Assembly: GCA_041576335.1 (NCBI GenBank)
Contig: JBFGLD010000001.1
Location: 1 to 28,553 of the forward strand
Length of the DNA: 28,553 nucleotides
Source: Anaerolineae bacterium
GTDB taxonomy: Bacteria; Chloroflexota; Anaerolineae; 4572-78; J111
Direction of reading: 5' to 3'
Under the pieces are notes generated by a model. The model was not told the origin of the DNA, did no database searches, and saw only the letters and a program-made list of their open reading frames with translations. A program made the position numbers and the translations under genes. Every line of letters starts with the position of its first letter. Within the stretch, counting starts at the first letter, position 1. This document shows positions 1-8,232 of the stretch, one piece after another.

Positions 1-1
1 G

Positions 2-763
2 GCAGGGGGCACACCCCTTGAAGAGGCACGTCCCAGCGGCCAAGCTGCTCCAGCTCGCACCGGCAGTGACCGCATTCGCCTCAAGGTCGGGGAACACCAG
101 TTAGCCGTGGTTGGCGGCAGTTTCCAAGAAATGCTGACCACGGTAAAAGGGTTGCCGGGACGTCGTTTTGACGGCAATGCTAAAATATGGGAGATCCCCG
201 GGGATGTAAGCGTTATCAAGGGACTGGTCGAAGCCGCTGGTTTTCAACTGGAGGGTGCGGAAAACATTTCGCAGGGTCCTATCCGGCCAATGGAAACCCC
301 CCTCTTCTCCGGCGCAGAGCAGCCACCTCCGTTCGAACCCCCAGATTTTCTCGATGAAAAGGACGTCCCTGCTTATGAGCCGCCTGATTGGTGGGATGAT
401 GCCGGCGGAGCGCCTCCACCGGGCGTACCGGACGATTGGGATGATAGGTTTGCTGCTCCTGCTTACGACGAACCACCTAACTGGGATGACCAGCCCTTGC
501 CTCAGCCCGGTACAGCCTCCCCCGGCACCGGGCCAACCGCTGCCAGGGGTAGGGATCAGGGCGATCAAATTCGAATTCGACTGGGAGAGGTCAGCGCCAC
601 TGTATCCGGCGGGTCGTTCCAGGAGATGTTAACCGCGATCAAAAATATCCCGGGACGCCGCTTTAACAGCCAGGAAAAGGTGTGGGAACTCCCTGAAAGC
701 GTTACCCTGGACTCAGCAGATCGAACCTTACGTGCCGCCGGATTCGTGATGAAAGTCGAGTAA
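2..763 (+). CDS. 5'-truncated hypothetical protein with two HARP-like repeats separated by a Pro/Asp/Trp-rich linker
   Basis: The frame is open from base 2 (AGGTPLEEARPSGQAAPARTGSDRIRLKVGEHQLAVVGGSF...), so the ORF-track start at 107 is internal. Two ~60-aa repeats: DRIRLKVGEHQLAVVGGSFQEMLTTVKGLPGRRFDGNAKIWEIP and DQIRIRLGEVSATVSGGSFQEMLTAIKNIPGRRFNSQEKVWELP. The CDS itself is well supported; the HARP call is by motif resemblance. Confidence 0.7.
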   Translation, partial: AGGTPLEEARPSGQAAPARTGSDRIRLKVGEHQLAVVGGSFQEMLTTVKGLPGRRFDGNAKIWEIPGDVSVIKGLVEAAGFQLEGAENISQGPIRPMETPLFSGAEQPPPFEPPDFLDEKDVPAYEPPDWWDDAGGAPPPGVPDDWDDRFAAPAYDEPPNWDDQPLPQPGTASPGTGPTAARGRDQGDQIRIRLGEVSATVSGGSFQEMLTAIKNIPGRRFNSQEKVWELPESVTLDSADRTLRAAGFVMKVE

Positions 764-795
764 AAAAGGGGTATAGCAACCTTAGCTACACCCCT
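762..795 (-). terminator. Intrinsic terminator downstream of lipA
   Basis: Minus strand reads AGGGGTGTAGC-TAAGGTT-GCTATACCCCT-TTTTT: an 11-bp stem with one G-U pair, then a U-run, 27 nt after the lipA stop. Confidence 0.8.
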
Positions 796-821
796 GTCCA
801 TTAAGCTCTTTTAATAAAAAT

Positions 822-1757
822 TCAAACCATAGGCGCAAAATCTTTACGAGCAGAAACGGCCAGCGCCTGCGCCTGCCCTTCGGCGTGGTAGCTGCTGCGC
901 ACCAGCGGGCCGCTTTCGACCCACTTGAAGCCTAACTCCATGCCGATGTCGTGGAGCTCGCGGAACTCATCAGGATGGACGTAGCGATAAACCGGTAAGT
1001 GAAGCGGAGACGGCCGCAAATATTGGCCAATGGTAAGAATATCTACCCCGTGCTCCCGCAAATCGCGCATTACGGACACTACTTCTTCTTTCAATTCGCC
1101 CAACCCAACCATAATGCCGCTTTTGGTTACCGCGCCGGGGTCCAACGATTTTGCCCCGGAGAGGACGTTTAGAGTTTGCCGGTAGTTAGCTTGCGGCCGA
1201 ACCGTGCGATAAAGCCGCGGCACGGTTTCAGTATTATGATTCAAGATTTCGGGGTGAGCATCCATCACTTCCTTAAGGGCCGGCCGACTCCCCTTAAAAT
1301 CAGGAACCAGTACCTCGATAGTACACGCCGGCAAGCGTTTGCGAATTTCGCGGATGGTGCCAGCAAAGATATGCGCTCCGCCGTTAGGCAATTCGTCCCG
1401 GTTGACGGAGGTGAGCACGCAGTGGCTGAGATTCATGGCAAAAACGCTTTCGGCCACCCGTACCGGTTCATCTTCATCTAAGGTCGGTGGGCGACCGGTT
1501 TTAATGTGACAAAAACCGCAAGAACGAGTACAGATATCGCCCATTAACAAAAAAGTCGCCGTGCCCCGGCTCCAGCACTCGCCGATATTCGGGCAGAGCG
1601 CTTCTTCACACACGGTGTGCAGCCCCTTTGAACGCATCAAATTTTTTACACGGCTAAATTCTTTTCCGGCCGGCAGTCGTACTTTTAACCAATCGGGTTT
1701 ACGCTTCGGCAATTCCCGCTCGACAACAAGACTATTCGGATCGATCAAGTTTTTCAC
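822..1757 (-). CDS. lipA: Lipoyl synthase (radical SAM)
   Basis: Auxiliary-cluster motif [13 protein letters not shown], radical SAM motif [24 protein letters not shown] and C-terminal RSSY. Confidence 0.98.
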   Translation of the reverse strand: MKNLIDPNSLVVERELPKRKPDWLKVRLPAGKEFSRVKNLMRSKGLHTVCEEALCPNIGECWSRGTATFLLMGDICTRSCGFCHIKTGRPPTLDEDEPVRVAESVFAMNLSHCVLTSVNRDELPNGGAHIFAGTIREIRKRLPACTIEVLVPDFKGSRPALKEVMDAHPEILNHNTETVPRLYRTVRPQANYRQTLNVLSGAKSLDPGAVTKSGIMVGLGELKEEVVSVMRDLREHGVDILTIGQYLRPSPLHLPVYRYVHPDEFRELHDIGMELGFKWVESGPLVRSSYHAEGQAQALAVSARKDFAPMV

Positions 1758-1800
1758 AGTATTAGCAACCTCATATTCGGCAGTTTCAATTGATCATTCG

Positions 1801-2535
1801 TCAGGCTGCTTCTAATTCAGCCAGGGCGTCTTCCAGGTACCAGATGATCTCATTAACCCGCGGCAGTGGACCCTCGATCATGTCGAGGGCCCTATCCAAA
1901 ATAGGGAGCAGCAGATTCTCCTGTGCGGCAGCAGCTCGAACGCGCGATAAACGCAAACGTCGAATAGCCTCATTGACCTGGGGTGTCTCGTACAGCTGGT
2001 CAATCGCGCTGTAAACCAAGTCCATCAACGTATCCGGCAGCAGTTCACCCTTAGGCGCTAAATCGGCGGCTGCCTCCAAAATTTGCCTGGGCCCGGAGTA
2101 GGCCCGCTGGGAAATCGGGTCAGTTTGCTGCCAGCGCTCCCCGTAAGAGGCCTGCATCGTCTCAAAATTGCCGTTGAAGTAAACGTATACATGTTGGTTC
2201 CACAACACCGTGTTGACGGCATCATACACTTCATCGGGGTCCGAACTGTGAGCAATCAACTTGCCGTGGACCGGCTCGAAATCGTCATCCTCTTCAGGGG
2301 AAATAATGAAAGCCAGCCATTCGTCAGGAAAGATTTTGGCAATCTCTTCGATGTGCGGTAAACGCTCGACGTCGGTCATCGTGTTGTATGGACAGCCGCA
2401 GTTACAATCGCCACCACATTGGCCGGGCGTATTACAGCCGGTTCTTTTTGTGAACGGTTCGGCGTACCAGTTCTCCGGTTCAGCAACCCGACCGGGCGCA
2501 GCCGTCGGGCTATCAAGCAACTCTATTCGTACCAC
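1801..2535 (-). CDS. Hypothetical protein: N-terminal five-Cys cluster, DUF5678-like middle, helical C-terminus
   Basis: 244-aa ORF with AAAGGA SD before a GTG start and a canonical promoter upstream. Contains CNTPGQCGGDCNCGC. The segment IEEIAKIFPDEWLAF...GKLIAHSSDPDEVY resembles DUF5678-type small domains. Confidence 0.75.
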   Translation of the reverse strand: MVRIELLDSPTAAPGRVAEPENWYAEPFTKRTGCNTPGQCGGDCNCGCPYNTMTDVERLPHIEEIAKIFPDEWLAFIISPEEDDDFEPVHGKLIAHSSDPDEVYDAVNTVLWNQHVYVYFNGNFETMQASYGERWQQTDPISQRAYSGPRQILEAAADLAPKGELLPDTLMDLVYSAIDQLYETPQVNEAIRRLRLSRVRAAAAQENLLLPILDRALDMIEGPLPRVNEIIWYLEDALAELEAA

Positions 2536-2573
2536 ACACGGTTCCTTTATGATCTTTCAGGCTTTGGTGACTT

Positions 2574-2602
2574 ATTATACGTTTTTGTTATCAGAAAATC
2601 AA
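2574..2602 (-). promoter_or_regulatory. Sigma70-type promoter for the Cys-rich gene and lipA
   Basis: Minus strand TTGATT (2602-2597), 17-bp spacer, TATAAT (2579-2574). Confidence 0.7.
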
Positions 2603-2666
2603 CAAAATAAATCCGGGCTTATAGCTCAGCATACGCCTACCAATGTTTCTCTGAAAATGAGGGTAG

Positions 2667-2675
2667 TGGTACAAT
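2667..2675 (+). promoter_or_regulatory. Extended -10 promoter for the aminotransferase operon
   Basis: TG-G-TACAAT. The predicted start near 2681-2682 lies just before the leader stem. Confidence 0.55.
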
Positions 2676-2685
2676 AGGCACCCAA

Positions 2686-2790
2686 GCCCCAAATCGCAAA
2701 AGGCGCTGCCGACTTAGCCCGTGATAAGCAACCGGATTGAACGATTTGGGGCGGCGCTCTACGATTCTTGACGAAGAGTTTGATAACTCT
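2686..2790 (+). ncRNA. Candidate structured cis-regulatory leader (pseudoknot, riboswitch-like)
   Basis: 11-bp stem 2686-2696:2742-2752. Loop segment 2702-2710 is complementary to 2750-2758. Hairpin 2775-2790 abuts the SD. Confidence 0.4.
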
Positions 2791-2808
2791 GTGGAAGGAT
2801 AACAGTCG

Positions 2809-3981
2809 ATGACGTATATGGCTCAGCGTGTCAGCAACTTTGGAACCACCATCTTTTTTGAAATGACAAACCTGGCAAATAAACATGGCGCGGTTAACCT
2901 GGGACAAGGTTTCCCTGATTTTGCCGGTCCCCATTTTCTAAAGCAGGCTGCCGTCGAGGCCATCCAGAATGACATTAACCAATATGCGCCGGGTAGCGGG
3001 CGTCCTCGCCTGCGTGAAACCATCGCCCAAAAGATGGAGGATCTTTATGGCCTGGCTGTTGATCCTTCCACTGAAATTACGGTAACTCACGGGGCAACCG
3101 AGGCTATTTTCGCTGCGATTCTGGGTCTGGTAAATCCAGGCGATGAAGTGATTCTATTTGAACCCTATTACGATTCGTATTTGCCGGCGGTACAAATCGC
3201 GGGAGGCAGGCCCCGATTCTACACGTTATACCCTCCGGATTGGGCCATTGAGCCCGATAAATTAACCGCCCTGTTTTCGGACAAGACCAAGTTGATAATG
3301 ATCAATACGCCGCATAATCCAACGGGAAAAGTCTACTCCAGGTCAGAGCTGCAGCTGATTGCCGAGTTGTGCCAGAAGCACGATGTGATCGCCGTGACCG
3401 ATGAAGTGTACGAGCACATTATTTTCGACGGCTGCCAGCATCTTCTCCTGGCCACGCTTCCCGGCATGGCCAGGCGTACCGTGACTATTTCGAGCGCAGG
3501 CAAAACATTTAGCGTGACCGGTTGGAAGGTAGGCTGGGCCATCGCCGCACCGGAGCTTAATCAGGCACTTTTTCGAGTTCACCAATTTATGACGTATTGC
3601 GGGGCTGCGCCGCTGCAAGAAGCGGCGGCCACGGGGCTGCAAGTTTCCAAAGATTACTACCTCGAACTGGCCGATATGTATCAGGCCAACCGCGATTTTT
3701 TGGCGAATGCCCTGGGTGAAGCCGGCCTCGAGCCAATCGTGCCCGAAGGCACCTACTTTATGATGGTAGACATTCGTCATCTCGGTTTTCCCGATGATGT
3801 TGCCTTTTGCCGTTATTTGACCACTGAAATCGGCGTTGCCGCCATTCCACCAAGCGCCTTTTACCACAATCCGGCTGACGGGGCAAACCTGGCCCGCTTC
3901 GCTTTTTGCAAAACTCGTGAGACACTTGAGAAAGCCGCTCGCCGGTTGGCGAAAGTAAGAAATACAGTACAAAATATCTAA
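2809..3981 (+). CDS. PLP-dependent class I/II aminotransferase (YbdL / glutamine transaminase K / kynurenine aminotransferase-like)
   Basis: AVNLGQGFPDF, NQYAPG, NTPHNPTGKV, DEVYEH and PLP-lysine motif SAGKTFSVTGWKVG. Confidence 0.92.
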   Translation: MTYMAQRVSNFGTTIFFEMTNLANKHGAVNLGQGFPDFAGPHFLKQAAVEAIQNDINQYAPGSGRPRLRETIAQKMEDLYGLAVDPSTEITVTHGATEAIFAAILGLVNPGDEVILFEPYYDSYLPAVQIAGGRPRFYTLYPPDWAIEPDKLTALFSDKTKLIMINTPHNPTGKVYSRSELQLIAELCQKHDVIAVTDEVYEHIIFDGCQHLLLATLPGMARRTVTISSAGKTFSVTGWKVGWAIAAPELNQALFRVHQFMTYCGAAPLQEAAATGLQVSKDYYLELADMYQANRDFLANALGEAGLEPIVPEGTYFMMVDIRHLGFPDDVAFCRYLTTEIGVAAIPPSAFYHNPADGANLARFAFCKTRETLEKAARRLAKVRNTVQNI

Positions 3982-4004
3982 ATCAATCTTATAGGAGATT
4001 TCGA

Positions 4005-4412
4005 ATGGGAACCACACACGTATCTGCTCGCTGGACCGGCGACGCATTGACCTTTGTTGGCACCGACAGCAAGAATCACGAAATTACTATGGGCCGTGGA
4101 AACGTGCCGCCAACCCAAATGATGCTGCTGGGCTTAGCCGGCTGTATGGGTATGGATATCGTCAGTATCTTACAAAAAAAGCGTCAAAACCTTACCGGAG
4201 TAGAAGTACAAGTCACGGGCTATAACGCTGACGAGTACCCCAAACCGTACGAAACTGTCGAATTATCTTTCCTGGTTAAGGGGCAGCGAATTGATCGCAG
4301 GGCCGTGGAGCGAGCCATTGAATTGTCAATGACAAAATATTGCATCGTCGGCCAAACACTGCAAAAGCAGGTCCAGTTGAAGACATCCTTCGAGATTGAG
4401 GAGGCAACATAG
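4005..4412 (+). CDS. OsmC/YhfA family protein
   Basis: PTQMMLLGLAGCMGMDIVSILQKKR and ELSMTKYCIV (two conserved Cys); GGAGA SD. Confidence 0.92.
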   Translation: MGTTHVSARWTGDALTFVGTDSKNHEITMGRGNVPPTQMMLLGLAGCMGMDIVSILQKKRQNLTGVEVQVTGYNADEYPKPYETVELSFLVKGQRIDRRAVERAIELSMTKYCIVGQTLQKQVQLKTSFEIEEAT

Positions 4413-4470
4413 GGCGAAGTGCGCGGTACGTGTTCATGGTCTGCCCGCGTGCAAATGCACTTCGACATGA

Positions 4471-5112
4471 ATGATGCACGACACGCCTGCTCAAGTTCAA
4501 CTCAACGCCTTGCACTATAAGCTGAGCCTTTGTCGCCGTTGTGTCGCCGCAGGCTATTTTATCGGCAGCACGCCGGTGTTTTCCGGTCCTGCTTCAGCCC
4601 AGGTCATCGTTGTGGGGCAGGCACCGGCCCAGGTCGAGTCAGGCCAAGCCGGCGAACCTTTTGGTCTTCGTCGGCATGGGCGGCGGTCGTTATTGTGGGA
4701 TTGGCTTGAGCGAGCAGGTTGGTCTGAAGAGACGTTTCGAACCCATCATTATCTTTCAGCCGTCACTAAATGCTATCCCGGCAAAAGCAAAAACGGAAAA
4801 GGTGATCGGCTCCCCAGCGCCCGAGAGCGAGAACTCTGTCGCCCGTGGCGGGAGCAAGAGTTGGCCATTATCCAACCAAAGATGATCATCGCAGTGGGCC
4901 GCATCGCCATTGAGCAGTTTCTGCCGGAGCTTAAAGGGCAAGCACTGGATGACATTATCGGTCACGTTTTCGAGCGAGACCCCTATGTGATTATTCCTCT
5001 GCCTCATCCGTCAGGGGTCAGCCGCTGGCTCAACCGGCCGGACAATCAAGCCAAGTTGAATGAGGCCCTAGAACAGTTGAGGAAGGTAAAACTGAAATTA
5101 AACATTCAGTAA
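4471..5112 (+). CDS. Uracil-DNA glycosylase superfamily protein, Fe-S type, uncharacterised subfamily
   Basis: CRRC plus TKCYPG plus CRPW give four Cys. Motif A is GQAPA and motif B is LPHPSG. Confidence 0.85.
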   Translation: MMHDTPAQVQLNALHYKLSLCRRCVAAGYFIGSTPVFSGPASAQVIVVGQAPAQVESGQAGEPFGLRRHGRRSLLWDWLERAGWSEETFRTHHYLSAVTKCYPGKSKNGKGDRLPSARERELCRPWREQELAIIQPKMIIAVGRIAIEQFLPELKGQALDDIIGHVFERDPYVIIPLPHPSGVSRWLNRPDNQAKLNEALEQLRKVKLKLNIQ

Positions 5113-5148
5113 GGTATGTCCCGAGTTGCCACTTTACTAATTTTGAGC

Positions 5149-5228
5149 GGTGACAGTCACTTTTTCAGGAAAAATGAGAGCATATTTGATATCGCTGGGA
5201 ATCTTGACCATCTGAAGTGACTGTCACC
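5149..5228. repeat. 14-bp perfect inverted repeat (GGTGACAGTCACTT / AAGTGACTGTCACC); each arm has a palindromic GTGAC-W-GTCAC core
   Basis: Arms at 5149-5162 and 5215-5228, between the UDG-like gene and pepA. Confidence 0.8.
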
Positions 5229-5280
5229 TGTTTGCCACAAGTCAAAAAATATGATTGTGTAACACCTGACGGGAGAACTT

Positions 5281-6813
5281 ATGAATATCAAAGTCCAGCA
5301 AGGTGGCATCCAAACGGTAGCTGCCGACGCCATTATCGTTAATTTATTCCAGGGCGTGGCCGAACCGGGCGGCGCAACCGGGGTCGTCGATAGAGCCCTT
5401 GACGGCGCAATCACCGACCTTATCGCCGGTGGCGATTTGCGCGGCAAACGGGGCGAAACGGCGGTTCTCTATCCCCGGGGCGCTCTACCGGCTCAACGGG
5501 TCATCATCGTTGGGCTGGGGAAATCTGACAAATTTGACCTTGAAGCAGTTCGCGAGGCCGCGGGCGCGGCCATCAAACAAGCACAAAAGTTGGGGGCAAC
5601 TAACGTCGCTACTATAATTCATGGGGGTGGTCTGGGCGGTTTGGAGCTGAGCGACGCAGCTCAGGCTGTGGTCGAGGGCAGTATGTTGGCTCTATACAAA
5701 TATGATGCTCCCCGAACAAAGAAGGACGAGGAAGAGGCGGACCACGAGGTCAAGTTGTTAACGCTGGTTGAATTCGACGAGGCCAAAATCCGGACCATCG
5801 ACGAGGGTGCACAAGCCGGCCAAATCATAGCTGAGAGTGTCTACCTCACTCGCACCCTGGCCAATCAGCCCAGCAATGTGGCCACGCCAAGCGCCATTGC
5901 CGAGGCCGCTCAGGCCATGTGTGTCGAGGTTGGCCTAACTTGCCAGGTGCTGGACGAAGCAGCGATCAAAGTACAAAAGATGGGTGCCCTGCTGGCGGTC
6001 AGCCAGGGGGCCGCGCAACCCGCCCGCTTCATTACAATGAGCTACAACCCCACCGCTGCTGCCCAGGCTAATCGCCGGCCGGTGGTTTTAGTGGGCAAAG
6101 GGGTGGCTTTTGATACGGGTGGGTATTCCCTTAAACAGCCTCAGAGTATGGTTGGGATGAAAGGGGATATGGCCGGGGCAGCTGCCGTGATCGGGGCCAT
6201 GCGGGCCGTCGCTTTGTTAAAGTTACCATTTTCGGTGGTGGGCTTGGTCCCCACCGTGGAAAATGTTGTCAGCGCGACCGCATACAAACCGAATGATGTT
6301 TTTTTTGCGAAAAACGGACTCAGTATCGAGATCATTAGCACCGATGCCGAAGGGCGATTGATTTTGGCCGACGCGCTCTGTTATGCTGACGAACTCAAAC
6401 CGGCGGCGGTGATCGACGTGGCCACGCTGACCGGAGGGAAAGTAATTGCCCTGGGCGAGCGTACCACCGGCCTCTTTTGCAACGATGATAAGCTGAGCGA
6501 AGCGCTGTTGGCTGCCGGGCAGCGAACAGGTGAGCCGCTGTGGCGCCTGCCGCTCGACCCGGCCTATGACCGTCAGCTCAAAAGCCAGGTTGCCGACCTC
6601 AAGAATTCGGGAGGGCGGGCGGCCAGCCCTGTCACTGCTGCCCGTTTTCTAGCCCATTTTGTCGGCGATTGGCCGTGGGCCCACCTGGACATAGCCGGCG
6701 GCGACACCTACGGCAGCGGGGCAGAGCACACACCTCGCAGCTATGTAACCAACGGGGCAACGGGCATCCCGCTGCGCGCCATGGTGGAATATCTTCGGCG
6801 GCGAGAGTTATAG
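5281..6813 (+). CDS. pepA: Leucyl aminopeptidase (M17)
   Basis: GKGVAFDTGG, MKGDMAGAA, TDAEGRL, DVATLTG and WAHLDIAG. Confidence 0.96.
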   Translation: MNIKVQQGGIQTVAADAIIVNLFQGVAEPGGATGVVDRALDGAITDLIAGGDLRGKRGETAVLYPRGALPAQRVIIVGLGKSDKFDLEAVREAAGAAIKQAQKLGATNVATIIHGGGLGGLELSDAAQAVVEGSMLALYKYDAPRTKKDEEEADHEVKLLTLVEFDEAKIRTIDEGAQAGQIIAESVYLTRTLANQPSNVATPSAIAEAAQAMCVEVGLTCQVLDEAAIKVQKMGALLAVSQGAAQPARFITMSYNPTAAAQANRRPVVLVGKGVAFDTGGYSLKQPQSMVGMKGDMAGAAAVIGAMRAVALLKLPFSVVGLVPTVENVVSATAYKPNDVFFAKNGLSIEIISTDAEGRLILADALCYADELKPAAVIDVATLTGGKVIALGERTTGLFCNDDKLSEALLAAGQRTGEPLWRLPLDPAYDRQLKSQVADLKNSGGRAASPVTAARFLAHFVGDWPWAHLDIAGGDTYGSGAEHTPRSYVTNGATGIPLRAMVEYLRRREL

Positions 6814-6820
6814 CTTATCG

Positions 6821-7840
6821 TTACCTTTGCGCTAAAATAATAACCAAGACAAGAATAATCAAGAGCAGAGACCACAGCCCGATGGCCAGGCGAGTTGCCC
6901 GTTCGGCTTTATCGGCTTCCCACCACTGTCTCGGACGAATGCCTTGCACCAAAAACGTTGTAACGCCGGCGAGATTAACACAAATTAAATTTGTGACCAG
7001 TAACAACAAGGCTCCTGAGGCTGCCGGCAGGTTGCCGGACCCAATCATTAAACCAAACGTAACCAGCGGCGGCAGCAGCGCGACCGCTACCATAACCCCA
7101 ATAAGGGCAGCGGGCGCACCGCTGGTGAAGGCCAACACCCCGGCAGTGCCGGAGGCCAGCGCCAGCACAATATCAGAAAGACCAACCTGTGTTCTGGACG
7201 AGATTTCGGAAATATTAGGGTCCACCTCTAACATGTAGCCGGCCACAATTGACAGCCCAAGAGCAATCATGACTCCGGCCAGATTCGTCTTCAGGGCGTT
7301 GCGCCCTAATCCAAAATCTCCCAGAGTGGTTGCCAGCGCCAGACCAACATTTGGACCGAGCAAAGGGGCAATAACCATCGCGCCGATGATCACGGCGACG
7401 TTATTGCGCAGCAGACCAACAGCCGCGACGATGGTCGACAAGATGACCATCGCTACAAAGATTTTTGAAAATTTTGTACTGTCTACAATATCTTGATATA
7501 GCTCTTCTCGACTAATACGTAGGCTACTTTGTTCTGTCTCATCTTCCGGCTGGGACTCTGCCTGGGTTGCTTGCTCATTGTCCTCGTCTTCAGCAACCCG
7601 GGGAATGGTGGCTTCTACGGGCAGCATTACTACGCGAAATCCTTCCATGGCTCCAAATTTCTTTTCCAAAAGATCCATAAGCTTTTCAGTGTTTTCCGCG
7701 GACAGGAGCATTTTTACGAGCAATCCAGTTTCAGCACTCTTTTCATGCCAAAAACCTACGATCGGTTCGTCTTCAATTAGCGCGCGGACATTGTTACTGT
7801 CGGCTTCAGGAAGAATGATTTCTATCAAACGGAGCGGCAT
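6821..7840 (-). CDS. TIGR00341 / DUF389 family membrane protein
   Basis: Soluble N-terminal domain followed by hydrophobic helices with VIIGAMVIAPLLGP and GVMVAVALLPP. Confidence 0.92.
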   Translation of the reverse strand: MPLRLIEIILPEADSNNVRALIEDEPIVGFWHEKSAETGLLVKMLLSAENTEKLMDLLEKKFGAMEGFRVVMLPVEATIPRVAEDEDNEQATQAESQPEDETEQSSLRISREELYQDIVDSTKFSKIFVAMVILSTIVAAVGLLRNNVAVIIGAMVIAPLLGPNVGLALATTLGDFGLGRNALKTNLAGVMIALGLSIVAGYMLEVDPNISEISSRTQVGLSDIVLALASGTAGVLAFTSGAPAALIGVMVAVALLPPLVTFGLMIGSGNLPAASGALLLLVTNLICVNLAGVTTFLVQGIRPRQWWEADKAERATRLAIGLWSLLLIILVLVIILAQR

Positions 7841-8201
7841 CGGTCCATACCTTTAGCGGCAGCATTTGACTTCGCAGTCGCCACATCACTCCCACGCTGG
7901 CAAAAATGACAAGGAAACCCAATACCGCAGCCAGAATCTTTAGATCTCGCTCGGGGTTAGGTGGAATGTAGCCCTCAGCCCGGCGCAAGTGGGCAGTGGC
8001 CAGCAGCTCGCGCCGAAGTTCATCCTCAAAACCGGTGGCCGGGGTAATCGGGGTAAGGGTAGATCTAACGCGTTCCGCAACCGCTAACAAAGCGGCTAAT
8101 TCCGCTTCATCATTAATTGAGAAGTCGGCCTGATCGATTGAGCCCGTGACCAATCGATCAGCATGCTCAGACAAAATTTCTTTTAGCCGTTTTTTGTCCA
8201 T
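7806..8201 (-). CDS. Small single-pass membrane protein, putative anti-sigma factor
   Basis: I prefer ATG 8201 (MDKKRLKEIL, GGAGAG SD) over the ORF-track start 8270. Helical N-terminus ELAALLAVAERVRSTLTPITPATGFEDELRRELL, one TM segment (ILAAVLGFLVIFASVGVMW), located downstream of an ECF sigma. Confidence 0.6.
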   Translation of the reverse strand: MDKKRLKEILSEHADRLVTGSIDQADFSINDEAELAALLAVAERVRSTLTPITPATGFEDELRRELLATAHLRRAEGYIPPNPERDLKILAAVLGFLVIFASVGVMWRLRSQMLPLKVWTDAAPFDRNHSS

Positions 8202-8232
8202 CACATCTCTCCAATGACCGTTCTCCACTCTT

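Noticed and set aside
822-2535. Radical SAM enzyme plus Cys-rich neighbour as a RiPP (ranthipeptide/sactipeptide) cluster
   Set aside because: The enzyme has every LipA-specific motif and no SPASM or RRE domain. The neighbour is a 244-aa multi-domain protein, and no transporter or protease is present.
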